Positions 37,258-45,219 of a stretch of DNA of 64,000 nucleotides are shown in pieces. The notes under the pieces are model-generated. The model ran no database searches and was not told the DNA's origin. It worked only from the letters and a program-made list of their open reading frames with translations. The DNA lies in contig JAUXMZ010000037.1 of assembly GCA_030683105.1 (NCBI GenBank), positions 767 through 64,766 of the forward strand, written 5' to 3'. The number at the start of each line of letters is the position of its first letter. The first letter of the stretch is position 1. Source of the DNA: Burkholderiales bacterium (GTDB taxonomy: Bacteria; Pseudomonadota; Gammaproteobacteria; Burkholderiales; SG8-41). The position numbers were made by a program, and so were the translations under genes.

Positions 37258-38729
37258 TACTTACTCCGACCGTAGTTATCTTCGAATCGAACGATATCGT
37301 CTTCGCCCAGATAGCTGCCCGACTGGACTTCGATCATCTCCAATGGGGTCTTGCCGGGGTTCTCCAGACGGTGAGCGGTGCCCAGTGAGATGTAGGTGGA
37401 TTGGTTCTCGGACAACAGGAATGTTTCTTCCCCACGAGTGACCTTGGCCGTACCCTTGACCACGATCCAATGCTCTGCACGGTGGTGGTGCATTTGCAAA
37501 CTAAGTTTGGCGCCGGGCTTGACAGTGATACGCTTGACCTGGAAGCGCTCGCCCACATCAACGCAATCGTATGCCCCCCATGGTCGGGCGGCGCGGCGGT
37601 GTTGCGTGGCTTGGGGAGCGCCGGTTGCCTCCAATTCAGCAACCACCGTCTTGACCAGCTCAGCATGGCTGCAGGCCGCAACCAGAAGTGCGTCCGGGCT
37701 GTCTATGATAAGGAGATCCCGGGTCCCCAGCGCGACCACGGGTCGATGTGGGGCATGGATGTAGGTATTGTTGGCTTGCACTGCCCTGCCTTGACCATGA
37801 ATGCGGTTGGCCATTTCATCGGCAGGGGTGAGCTCTGCCACGGCGTTCCAACTCCCCACGTCGCTCCACTGACCGGTAAAGGGCACCATGGCGACCTTGT
37901 CGTGATGCTCAAGCACGGCGTAATCGATGGAATCGCTTGGGCAGGCGGCAAAGGCCTCTGGGTCCAGCCGGATAAAGAGGCCGTCCTCGGTTTGCTGCGC
38001 CGTGGCCAGGCGGCAGGCCGTAAGGATGTCGGGGGCGTGCTGTTCAAGCGCCATGATGATGGTGCTGGCCTTGGCCAGGAAGATGCCGGCGTTCCAATAA
38101 TGACCGCCGGCCAGGAGAAGTTGCCGGGCGCTGTCGGCGTCCGGCTTTTCGATGAAGCGGGCGACATTGAAAACCGGTGGTTCGTGGTTCGTACCCGTCG
38201 AGCGGGTATTGAAAAGAATGCTTCGTTGGTCGTTGTTCGTTGATCGTGGATCGTGATTCACGACTTTTATGTATCCATAGGCAGTGCTGGGAAACGTGGG
38301 CAGCACCCCGAAGGTGACTATGTAACCCGCCTGGGCAGAAGGCACACCTTTCTGAATTGTGGCTGCAAACGCTTGTGCATCGGGAATATGGTGGTCTGCC
38401 GGAGCGAACAGCAAAAGCTGATCCGGCTGGGCATTGAGCGCCGCAACCGCCATAGCGGGTGCCGTGTTGCGGCCGACGGGTTCCAGTATGTGTCGCGCGC
38501 TGACGCCCGCGGCCTCTGCTGCCTCCTGCACGAGGAAGCGGTGCTCGTCGCTCGCCACGGTTTGCATCTGCGGCGAGATGTGCTTTACGCGCTCCAGCGT
38601 CAGTTGCAGCAAGCTTTTGCCATTGATCAGCGGCACGAATTGCTTGGGAAAAGCTTTGCGCGACAATGGCCACAGGCGCGTACCCGAGCCACCGCAAAGC
38701 AGGACAGGAAGGATGTTCGTCACACTCAT
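37257..38729 (-). CDS. manC: Mannose-1-phosphate guanylyltransferase / mannose-6-phosphate isomerase
   Basis: 490 aa. ...VLLCGGSGTRLWPLSR...GRNTAPA...WSDVGSW...QVKRITVKPGAKLSLQMHHHRAEHWIVVKGTA.... It contains an in-frame composite repeat (38176..38258). Confidence 0.9.
   Translation of the reverse strand: MSVTNILPVLLCGGSGTRLWPLSRKAFPKQFVPLINGKSLLQLTLERVKHISPQMQTVASDEHRFLVQEAAEAAGVSARHILEPVGRNTAPAMAVAALNAQPDQLLLFAPADHHIPDAQAFAATIQKGVPSAQAGYIVTFGVLPTFPSTAYGYIKVVNHDPRSTNNDQRSILFNTRSTGTNHEPPVFNVARFIEKPDADSARQLLLAGGHYWNAGIFLAKASTIIMALEQHAPDILTACRLATAQQTEDGLFIRLDPEAFAACPSDSIDYAVLEHHDKVAMVPFTGQWSDVGSWNAVAELTPADEMANRIHGQGRAVQANNTYIHAPHRPVVALGTRDLLIIDSPDALLVAACSHAELVKTVVAELEATGAPQATQHRRAARPWGAYDCVDVGERFQVKRITVKPGAKLSLQMHHHRAEHWIVVKGTAKVTRGEETFLLSENQSTYISLGTAHRLENPGKTPLEMIEVQSGSYLGEDDIVRFEDNYGRSK
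38176..38258. repeat. Composite repeat (heptamers + stem-loop + heptamers) inside the manC coding sequence
   Basis: GGTGGTT CGTGGTT C-GTACCCGTCGAGCGGGTAT-TGAAAAGAATGCTT CGTTGGT CGTTGTT CGTTGAT CGTGGAT CGTGATT. It is translated as NHDPRSTNNDQRSILFNTRSTGTNHEPP. The same composite is intergenic at 45494-45627 and 49576-49690. Confidence 0.9.
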
Positions 38730-38852
38730 GGTTCGTGATTGGTGTTAAGGGCGGTGATTAGTGTTAAGGGCGGTGATTAGTAACTAGAATCAGTGATTAG
38801 TGACTGGTAATTGGTGAATCAAACAACCGTGGCTCATTGATCGTGGTTCGTG
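38730..38852. repeat. Repeat island (heptamers plus two GTGTTAAGGGCGGTGATT boxes)
   Basis: It begins immediately after the manC start codon. K boxes start at about 38741 and 38760. Confidence 0.9.
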
Positions 38853-38858
38853 TCGCCA

Positions 38859-39368
38859 CTATCCTTCTCGTTTTTTTTCGGAGCGGAGGATGGCCATGCG
38901 CTTCGACACGGGTCGCGCTTCTCTGAGCAGGGTGTCCCAATCTTCGGGCGGATGGCCAGAATCGAGCATTTTGCGGAACACGCGATAGGCATCGTTGCTG
39001 CTCTCGTAGGCTCGTTTGGTGTCTTCGTCATTGACCCATGCGTAGACGATAATGCGTTGCGCCGCGTGGAACCGGAAAAACAATCGGTACTGCTGATAGA
39101 ACCTGGCGCGAAACCAGTGCTTGCGGTCGGCGCCCAGAGTATCGCCCTGACGGTATTCCGGACGCGTGGGATCTGCGGGGATGACTTCAAGCGCGAGCCT
39201 GGCGATCGCCGCCAGGCGCTTGGTGCTGTTTTTCTGCTTGTTGGTCTTGGGGTCCCTGGCCTTGAGGGCTTCAACCCTGGAGATCAGTTCTTCGACCTGG
39301 TGGAGAAACAAAGGATGGGCAAACAGGCTCCAGCCATTAACAATCAACGGGGCCTCCGGCAGACTCAT
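38859..39368 (-). CDS. yhaV: YhaV-family type II toxin (ribonuclease)
   Basis: 169 aa. ...NGWSLFAHPLFLHQVEELI...YRQGDTLGADRKHWFRARFYQQYRLFFRFHAAQRIIVYAWVNDEDTKRAY.... Confidence 0.8.
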   Translation of the reverse strand: MSLPEAPLIVNGWSLFAHPLFLHQVEELISRVEALKARDPKTNKQKNSTKRLAAIARLALEVIPADPTRPEYRQGDTLGADRKHWFRARFYQQYRLFFRFHAAQRIIVYAWVNDEDTKRAYESSNDAYRVFRKMLDSGHPPEDWDTLLREARPVSKRMAILRSEKKREG

Positions 39369-39688
39369 TCGTCTGCGGGATTCAGCGCGGCCTCGAGATC
39401 GACCTTGACCCCCTTGGTCAGAGCGCGCATGCGCTTGGCCAAATCGGTATCGATGGCGCGCAAATGCTGCGGATGTTCAGCGATATTCCGGGCCAGGAAA
39501 TCCAGAAAAGAGCCCAGAACCGGGTCGTCACTCTGTTCGGCACGCTGCAAAATCACGGAGCCGTTGCTCTGCACGACATAGCGAATGCGGTCGCGCTTGC
39601 CGAGCTTGAGCGCGCGACGCACGGCATCCGGCACGGTCGTTTGATAGCGATCGGTCAGCGTGGATTCGAGTTCAAAGGTAGCAGACAT
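39365..39688 (-). CDS. prlF: PrlF/SohA-type (AbrB-fold) antitoxin
   Basis: ORF trimmed to MSATFELESTLTDRYQTTVPDAVRRALKLGKRDRIRYVVQSNGSVIL.... An AGGAA lies 7 nt upstream, and the gene has a 4-nt overlap with yhaV. Confidence 0.8.
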   Translation of the reverse strand: MSATFELESTLTDRYQTTVPDAVRRALKLGKRDRIRYVVQSNGSVILQRAEQSDDPVLGSFLDFLARNIAEHPQHLRAIDTDLAKRMRALTKGVKVDLEAALNPADE

Positions 39689-39718
39689 GACCATTTCCTT
39701 TCTGAACAGATACAGAAG

Positions 39719-39744
39719 CATGGTAATGCACACGCATTACCATG
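39719..39744 (-). promoter_or_regulatory. Perfect palindrome upstream of prlF (candidate operator)
   Basis: CATGGTAATGC-ACAC-GCATTACCATG has 11-bp perfect arms and lies 31 nt upstream of the prlF start. Confidence 0.5.
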
Positions 39745-39780
39745 TCAATGTCGCTCAAAGGCCGGGGCGGGCTTACCCCA

Positions 39781-39960
39781 GTGATTAGTGATTGGTGATT
39801 AGTGATTGGCACCCGCCGGGTATTTGCTTTGCGGCATGGTTCGCACCCTCCGGGTATTTGCTTTGCGGCATGGTTTGTACCCGTCTAGCGCACCCCTCGA
39901 GGGGGTATTGAAAAGAAGGTATTAAAGTGAATGGGTCGTGGGTCGTGAGTCGTTGTTCGT
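39781..39960. repeat. Composite repeat island (heptamers, tandem P boxes, stem-loop modules)
   Basis: P boxes lie at 39812-39838 and 39846-39872, a 34-nt pitch. GTACCCGTCTAGCGCACCCCTCGAGGGGGTATTGAAAAGAAGGTATT and CGTGGGT CGTGAGT CGTTGTT units are also present. Confidence 0.9.
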
Positions 39961-40344
39961 CTATTGCTGTTCTTGTAAGCGCATTAGCAGTAGCTTTTGC
40001 TCCGGCAGGAAATGACTGAGACGGTCGTACACCGCTAATGCGTGCTTGGCATTGTATGTATGAGACATCCGATTCCTCGCCTCGAGCATTTCCAGCCAAG
40101 TCTCCTCGTCACTAATCCAGCCGAGGCTGAATGCTTGCTTTAAGCATGCCTTGGGAGATGCACATTCCGGCAAGCCTTGCGACAACGATGCGAGTTTGAT
40201 CGATTTCCATGCGAGTTCAAAGGAAAATTCAAAGTACTGGATGCATCCGGCCTTGATCAAATCGCTGTCTGCAGGCACCGATAAGGCGCTCTCCAGTTGT
40301 GACAGGGCTGTTTCATAATCCGCGAGGATCCAGTTCTCACTCAT
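39961..40344 (-). CDS. Nucleotidyltransferase substrate-binding protein, HI0074 family (HEPN-type toxin partner)
   Basis: MSENWILADYETALSQLESAL...IQYFEFSFELAWKSIK...ARNRMSHTYN.... It has an 8-nt overlap with the MNT gene. Confidence 0.75.
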   Translation of the reverse strand: MSENWILADYETALSQLESALSVPADSDLIKAGCIQYFEFSFELAWKSIKLASLSQGLPECASPKACLKQAFSLGWISDEETWLEMLEARNRMSHTYNAKHALAVYDRLSHFLPEQKLLLMRLQEQQ

Positions 40345-40651
40345 ATAAAACCTCAATGTGCTCCATTGCCCGTTCTCTGAATTCGGGATTGACTCGATTT
40401 AGATCCACCCAATCAATTTTATAAAGAGTGGGCAAATCGTCAAACGTGTCCTCTATCGCAAAAAATGTTTTCAAAGGCAGCGGTTCGTCACCATACGCGC
40501 CTACGTCGAAATCGGAGCGTGGGCGCGCTTTCCCGGTCGCTCGCGATCCAAACAGAAAAACCCGATGCCCTTTTAACTCGGTCTTATATCGGAGCAATTG
40601 CTGCTTGAGCATAGCCTTGATTTGTACGGCTCGTTGGTCGTTGGTCGGCAT
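40337..40651 (-). CDS. Minimal nucleotidyltransferase (MNT) domain protein
   Basis: 104 aa. ...VFLFGSRATGKARPRSDFDVGAY.... The first ~7 codons (MPTNDQR) are written in heptamer units. An alternative start is at MLKQQL. Confidence 0.75.
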   Translation of the reverse strand: MPTNDQRAVQIKAMLKQQLLRYKTELKGHRVFLFGSRATGKARPRSDFDVGAYGDEPLPLKTFFAIEDTFDDLPTLYKIDWVDLNRVNPEFRERAMEHIEVLYE

Positions 40652-40700
40652 TCGTTGTTCGTTGTTCGTTGTTCGTTGTTCGTGTTAAGGGCGGTGATTA
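40632..40700. repeat. Heptamer tract (CGTTGGT x2, TCGTTGT x4) plus K box
   Basis: It overlaps the MNT start codon at 40651. Confidence 0.9.
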
Positions 40701-40878
40701 GAACTCATCTCAAAAACCCCTCTACCCCGATTTTGGGGGAGAGGGCAGGGTGAGGGGGGCAGGAAAACATTGGCATATTGCACCGTGAAATTGACTGGCT
40801 TATTGCCCCTCTCCCCAACCCTCTGGCCCTAGGCCACCCCGTCCCCATCAGTGCGGGGAGAGGGAGTATTTTTGAGAC
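40701..40878. repeat. GC-rich CCCCTCT...AGAGGG hairpin repeats in an inverted pair enclosing only ~44 bp
   Basis: GAACTCATCTCAAAAACCCCTCTACCCCGATTTTGGGGGAGAGGGCAGGGTGAGGGG ... CCCCTCTCCCCAACCCTCT...GCGGGGAGAGGGAGTATTTTTGAGAC. The same family occurs at 51578-51665, 52581-52665 and around the DUF559 gene. Confidence 0.8.
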
Positions 40879-40898
40879 ACGCTCTAGTAACTGGCGGC

Positions 40899-41228
40899 CT
40901 AGAGTTCCAGCACCGTGCGCAAGCTCTGCTCTACGGCCGCCATCTCCGCGCGGTTGAGTTTTCCCAAGGTTGCGCCGATTCGAGATTTATCGACCGCACG
41001 GATCTGATCGATCCGCGCATTCGAATTCGCGCCGGCCGAAGGCACGGATACTACGAGCGGTGGCCGAGGCGTACTGCTGCTCGAAAGTGGAACCACCACC
41101 ACCGTGAGCCGCTTGTCGTTGAGTACCGAGCGGGACACGATGACGCAAGGCCGCTGTTTCCTGATCTCCGCTCCTACCGTGGGATCCAGGTTGACCCACA
41201 CCACGTCACCGCGCTCGAGGCTTTTCAT
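40899..41228 (-). CDS. mazF: MazF/PemK-family type II toxin
   Basis: ORF trimmed to MKSLERGDVVWVNLDPTVGAEIRKQRPCVIVS...VVVVPLSS.... Confidence 0.75.
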   Translation of the reverse strand: MKSLERGDVVWVNLDPTVGAEIRKQRPCVIVSRSVLNDKRLTVVVVPLSSSSTPRPPLVVSVPSAGANSNARIDQIRAVDKSRIGATLGKLNRAEMAAVEQSLRTVLEL

Positions 41229-41478
41229 TCGCAGCATGTTCTTCCATGCCATCGCCTATGGTCGCCTCCCAGTCGCGCATCTCCTGCGCGAGCTCAGGAT
41301 TGCGCAGTTCCTCGTCGGTGACGGCAGCGGCGATCCGGGTCAGTTCGTCCTCTTGGCGCGCGACCGCTTTTGCCACCAGATCGGCAATGAACTTATTGCG
41401 CTGGCGCGCGGGAACTGCCGCTTTGAACCGGGCGGCGACGTCTTCGGGGAGCCTGATCAAGATTTGTTGGGTTGACAT
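41206..41478 (-). CDS. Ribbon-helix-helix antitoxin
   Basis: 90 aa. MSTQQILIRLPEDVAARFKAAVPARQRNKFIADLVAKAV.... It overlaps the MazF-like gene. Confidence 0.6.
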   Translation of the reverse strand: MSTQQILIRLPEDVAARFKAAVPARQRNKFIADLVAKAVARQEDELTRIAAAVTDEELRNPELAQEMRDWEATIGDGMEEHAANEKPRAR

Positions 41479-41514
41479 ATTCCATGCCTCATTTGCCTTG
41501 CTCTATTTTAACAA

Positions 41515-41531
41515 TTGATATCATATATCAA
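41515..41531 (-). promoter_or_regulatory. Palindrome upstream of the RHH antitoxin (candidate operator)
   Basis: TTGATAT-CAT-ATATCAA is nested in an outer CCTTGC...GCAAGG symmetry, about 40 nt upstream of the start at 41478. Confidence 0.4.
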
Positions 41532-41717
41532 TAGGCAAGGTACACCACATCATAACTAATGGCCAACAAAATCATCGCGCTAGGTCGAGGTTCGCAGGCC
41601 GTTGTTCGTTGTTCGTGTTAAGGGCAGTAATCCATATTATGGATAGTTGTAAAGCCCGCAGCTTCTGCGGCAGGCGTAACCCAATTTCTGCCACTGGTCG
41701 CGGCCGGGGCGCCGCCG

Positions 41718-42929
41718 CTATCTGCCCAGGAGATAGCGGCGCAGGAGGTCCAGCCGTGCGGCTTGCTCGGGATTTTGGCGGGCTTTTTGGCCGGCCTCCT
41801 TAATAAATGCCCATATGACGGCCAGGAAGCCTGCCACAAGGGCGGTCAGTATCACGATAAGCGCGCGTTTGGGACTGGACCTGCGATCAGGTTCGATGGC
41901 CTTATCCATGACCTGGATGATGGAGGAATCCTTGGCTTCGTCGATCTTGGCAAGCCCATACTGCTGCGCGAGCAGTTCGTAGACCGTTTCGTTGTACTTC
42001 AGATCGCGCAACAGACCCAGGTTGTCGATGCCTTCGCTATTGGTTTTCTGAGCATCTTCAGGTTTGCCAGCGGCACCCTCTATTTTCGCAAGCTGGCGTT
42101 TCATCGCTTCCAGCTCCTGCTGTGCCATCAACAGGTCAGGGTTGCGCTCGGCGGCAAAGGTTCGCATGGCGCCGATCTGCACTTCCTTGACGGTGATCTG
42201 TGCCCGCAATCGGGCGCTGCTTTCCGCCATGCTGCGGCCCTGGCCTTCGACCTGGACGAGGCCGCCTTTTTCCAGCGCCTGCCGGGCAGTCGCTTCGGAT
42301 TTGGTGAGATTGACCTTGGCCTGCTCCAACTGGCGTTCGAAAAACAGGCGACGCTGGGCGGCTTCGGTCACTGCCAGCACATTGGTCAGTTTATCGAGCT
42401 CCTCCACATAGGCATTGGCGAGGGTGGCCGCGCGCTTTGGATCCTTGTCGTCCACGGCGATGGAAATTATGCCGTCCTTGCCGGAGGTGATCGTCGACAC
42501 GTTCTCCAGTTGTTTACGGGTGTGGGATTGGTATTCCTTCCCGTAAAGCTTGTTCAGATCGAAGCGCTGGATCAGGTTGTCCGCCACAGTACGGCTCTTG
42601 AGCATAGCGACGTACATGTCGTTGGGGTTCTTGATGCCAGCCACTCCGCCAGCCAACCCGGCAACGGCGCCGAGCTGGTTCAGCATGGCGGAAGCGGTCG
42701 ACTGGCTTTGCTGCGGCGGCAGGATCTTCGTCGTCGCCGTGAAGATAGGGGTCATCAGCAAGCTGACGATCACGGCGAGAACCGCGGCCAGGAAGGGAAG
42801 GCCGAGGATTAGCTTCTTATGCTTCGCCAGGACGATGGCGAGATCAATAAGATTGATCTCGTCATCGTCTGGTGGCTCAACACTTGTGATTGGTGATTGG
42901 TGATTGGTGATTAGTGATTCTTCGCTCAT
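41718..42929 (-). CDS. Wzz/chain-length-determinant family protein (no kinase domain)
   Basis: 403 aa. It has an N-terminal TM (LILGLPFLAAVLAVIVSLLM), a long coiled-coil periplasmic part and a C-terminal TM (ALIVILTALVAGFLAVIWAFI). Residues 5-16 ([12 protein letters not shown]) are encoded by heptamer units. Confidence 0.75.
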   Translation of the reverse strand: MSEESLITNHQSPITSVEPPDDDEINLIDLAIVLAKHKKLILGLPFLAAVLAVIVSLLMTPIFTATTKILPPQQSQSTASAMLNQLGAVAGLAGGVAGIKNPNDMYVAMLKSRTVADNLIQRFDLNKLYGKEYQSHTRKQLENVSTITSGKDGIISIAVDDKDPKRAATLANAYVEELDKLTNVLAVTEAAQRRLFFERQLEQAKVNLTKSEATARQALEKGGLVQVEGQGRSMAESSARLRAQITVKEVQIGAMRTFAAERNPDLLMAQQELEAMKRQLAKIEGAAGKPEDAQKTNSEGIDNLGLLRDLKYNETVYELLAQQYGLAKIDEAKDSSIIQVMDKAIEPDRRSSPKRALIVILTALVAGFLAVIWAFIKEAGQKARQNPEQAARLDLLRRYLLGR

Positions 42930-43051
42930 GATTGGTGATTAGCGTTAAAAACAGTGATTGGCGAACGGCGGTGATTGGTAACTAGAACCAGTGATTAGTA
43001 ATTAGTAATTGGTGTTAAGGGCAGTGATTAGTAACTGGTAATTAGTGATTA
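42883..43051. repeat. Repeat island spanning the wzz-like start codon
   Basis: TTGTGAT TGGTGAT x3 TAGTGAT lies at 42884-42918, inside the CDS. Heptamers and K-box variants then run up to 43051. Confidence 0.9.
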
Positions 43052-43736
43052 GCAAGGCTTGGTGTTGGTTAGCGCGGCTGAGCACCCTATCGTCGTCAGC
43101 GCCAGGCTCCATTTCGGCAACGTAATCCACCTCGTGGCCGTCTTCCCGGAGCCGCAGCACAATCGGCCTGTCAACGCCTTCGTGAAGAGTCCCTAACATA
43201 GTGAAACACGTGTGCGTTGCGAGTCAAAATTGGTGATGACGCGAAGGATGGCGCAGAGCATATCGCGAATATGGTCAAGCCGGCCGACAAAGTGTCCCGT
43301 GCAGGGCGGAGCAGGTTCCAAGTGTTCTATGCTTGGATGCGACCCCGGAGCGGGACGAAAGCGCGCCATCATGTACGGGCCTAATGCACGCCTGCGCGGT
43401 CGCATCCCCGCAAGCGGGGCCCCTGCTCCACGCTTCGGCGCGCCGCCGATTTTGATCGCAACCCTTCGGGCTGACACGAGTTTTGGCCTGTCGCCCCCGG
43501 CTCTCGGCGAGCGCAGCTTTGGGGCGGAGACGGGGGCCGGGGGGTGCCGCAACTCCCGCAACCGGGGCTTGGGCGCCGTTCCCGCAAACGGGCCTGCGGC
43601 AAACGAGTCACGGCGCCCCCTTGTCGCTCCCCTTGCCCATATTCGCGATATGGCCTGCGGAAAGCTTCGCGTCCTGAGCCAAAATCGTGCCAGCGCATCT
43701 CGCGTTTCACTATGTTAGGGACTCAAAGAGCTTCAC
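43002..43736 (-). pseudogene. DUF5615 (PIN-like) toxin gene, interrupted by a MITE and 3'-truncated by heptamer repeats
   Basis: The GTG at 43736 overlaps the DUF433 stop. Deleting 43187-43724 plus one AA restores GTG AAG CTC TTT CAC GAA GGC... = MKLFHEGVDRPIVLRLREDGHEVDYVAEMEPGADDDRVL.... After ~50 codons the frame runs into repeats (...ALLITNYQLLITALNTNY*). Confidence 0.7.
43187..43724. mobile_element. MITE-like non-autonomous element (538 bp) with 21-bp perfect terminal inverted repeats
   Basis: GAGTCCCTAACATAGTGAAAC lies at 43187-43207 and its reverse complement at 43704-43724. The imperfect IR extends to ~95 bp and includes CATATCGCGAATATGG in both arms. The element is flanked by AA/AA and has three CCCGCAANCGGG hairpins inside. 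Confidence 0.8.
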
Positions 43737-43969
43737 GCAGCCTTATCGGCAATCGGATAGATCACATCCCCTCGAAGTGCTTGCGCAGCAAATTCGAGTG
43801 CCGCCAATATGTCGTCTTGTTTCAGGCGCGGATGCGCTTCCAGGATTTGCTCCGTAGACTCCCCGTGCGCGAGTTTTTCCAGGATGCTTTCCACGGTAAT
43901 ACGGGTGCCAGCAATAACCGGTTTACCCATCATCACAGTCGGATTGGATTCAATATGTGCTTGATTCAT
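43733..43969 (-). CDS. DUF433 antitoxin-like protein
   Basis: MNQAHIESNPTVMMGKPVIAGTRITVESILEKLAHGESTEQILEAHPRLKQDDILAALEFA.... Confidence 0.75.
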   Translation of the reverse strand: MNQAHIESNPTVMMGKPVIAGTRITVESILEKLAHGESTEQILEAHPRLKQDDILAALEFAAQALRGDVIYPIADKAA

Positions 43970-44043
43970 ATAGACCTCCGTAGAATTATTATTATACACA
44001 CCCTACTCGACAGCCTTGGGGCGCGGCTTAATGGCCGTGACTG

Positions 44044-44087
44044 GTGTCAAAAAACAGTGATTAGTGATTAGTGATTGGTGATTAGTA
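44044..44087. repeat. Heptamer tract with K-box variant
   Basis: GTGTCAAAAAACAGTGATTAGTGATTAGTGATTGGTGATTAG. Confidence 0.9.
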
Positions 44088-44091
44088 GTCA

Positions 44092-44412
44092 TCAACTGCC
44101 AGCCTGGCTTTTTATGGAGCGGATCAGGCCTTGAAGCATTTTCGATATTGTTTCCAGATGATTCTGTAATTCGTCAAGTTTGCGGCTATCACCTAATCCT
44201 ATTTTTCTTGATATCTCGATCTGCGTATCCAGTTCACTGGCCGAACCCAGGGCAATGTAGAGGAACTGCAGAAATTCCTTGTTGCCTTGCCGCGCTGCGC
44301 CTTCCGCGATGTTGCTCGCGATCGAGACAGCACTTCGTTTCATTTGGCTGACAATACCGTATTGCTCGTCCTTCGGATATGCCTTGGTCAGTTCGTAGGT
44401 GTCCCGTGCCAA
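44092..44412 (-). pseudogene. Four-helix-bundle protein (23S rRNA IVS-protein family), N-terminally truncated copy
   Basis: ...ARDTYELTKAYPKDEQYGIVSQMKRSAVSIASNIAEGAARQGNKEFLQFLYIALGSASELDTQIEISRKIG.... It lacks the first ~16 residues of the neighbouring paralogue. The upstream end is a repeat tract. Confidence 0.6.
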
Positions 44413-44448
44413 AGGCAGTGATTAGTGATTAGTAACTGGTGATTGGTA
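44405..44448. repeat. Heptamer tract with K-box variant
   Basis: CGTGCCAAAGGCAGTGATTAGTGATTAGTAACTGGTGATTGG. Confidence 0.9.
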
Positions 44449-44452
44449 GCCA

Positions 44453-44818
44453 TCAACTGCTAGCCTGGCTCTTTACGGAGCGGATCAGGCCCTGAATCAT
44501 TTTCGATATCGATTCCAAATTCTCTTGCACTTCAAGAAGCTCCTTGGTGTCCCCTAAGCCTATTTCCCTTGACACCTCGATTTGTGTATCTAACTCGCTT
44601 GCCGAACCAAGAGCAATGTACAAAAACTGTATAAATTCCTTGTTGCCCTGCCGTGCCGCGCCTTCAGCTATGTTGCTAACCACCGACACGGCGGCGCGGC
44701 GCATTTGGGAAGCCAAACCATACATTTCCTCTTTAGGATAGCCGTTCGTGGCATGGTATACCGCTTTGACCAACTGGATACCGTGTTTCCAGACTTCTAG
44801 GTCTTTGTGCGATTTCAT
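44453..44818 (-). CDS. Four-helix-bundle protein (23S rRNA IVS-protein family)
   Basis: 121 aa. MKSHKDLEVWKHGIQLVKAVYHATNGYPKEEMYGLASQMRRAAVSVVSNIAEGAARQGNKEFIQFLYIALGSASELDTQIEVS.... Confidence 0.8.
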   Translation of the reverse strand: MKSHKDLEVWKHGIQLVKAVYHATNGYPKEEMYGLASQMRRAAVSVVSNIAEGAARQGNKEFIQFLYIALGSASELDTQIEVSREIGLGDTKELLEVQENLESISKMIQGLIRSVKSQASS

Positions 44819-44822
44819 AAAT

Positions 44823-44937
44823 CGGTGATTGGTGTTAAGGGCGGTGACTGGTGACTGGTGATTGGTGATTAGTGACTGGTAATTGGTGAATCAACAACCG
44901 TGGCTAGTGGTTCGCGGATCGGGGGTCGTTGGTCGTG
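44823..44937. repeat. Repeat island (K box, GTGACTG/GTGATTG units, CGTTGGT units)
   Basis: It overlaps the 3' end of the parE pseudogene, whose tail ...NRTTNDPRSANH* is repeat-encoded. Confidence 0.9.
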
Positions 44938-45219
44938 CGGTTCTTCCAGTAACCTGGCCTTCTGCTAGTGTGGGCGATTGCTACAACGAGGAATTCGTCG
45001 CGGTACTCAAGGTAAATGATTGCATAGGGGAACCGGTTGGTCACGCCGCATCCGATTCCCGATAGATCTCCCTGAGGCCGGAAACTGCTGAACAAATTGG
45101 GTTGCCTTCACGAACTCCGAGAGGAACGCTGCGCCAAGTCCAACCTGCCGTTCATCATAGAACCCAGCCGTCTCAACCAGTTCGACATCAGCCTCCGCCG
45201 ACAGCCGTACCGGCTTCAC
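44904..45219 (-). pseudogene. parE: ParE/RelE-family toxin gene with a 1-nt frameshift
   Basis: Frame A reads MKPVRLSAEADVELVETAGFYDERQVGLGAAFLSEFVKATQFVQQFPASGRSIGNRMRR.... Frame B reads ...VTNRFPYAIIYLEYRDEFLVVAIAHTSRRPGYWKNR. The two join around 45040-45046. Confidence 0.7.

Noticed and set aside
41655-41675. Rho-independent terminator after the wzz-like gene (CCGCAG-CTT-CTGCGG hairpin)
   Set aside because: The stem is only 6 bp and is not followed by a convincing U-tract on the minus strand. This is too weak to annotate.
43212-43718. 168-aa ORF (and overlapping ORFs) inside the MITE
   Set aside because: The sequence is GC-rich and Arg/Gly/Pro/Ala-biased with no domain signature. It is bounded exactly by the element's inverted repeats and is better explained as non-coding element interior.
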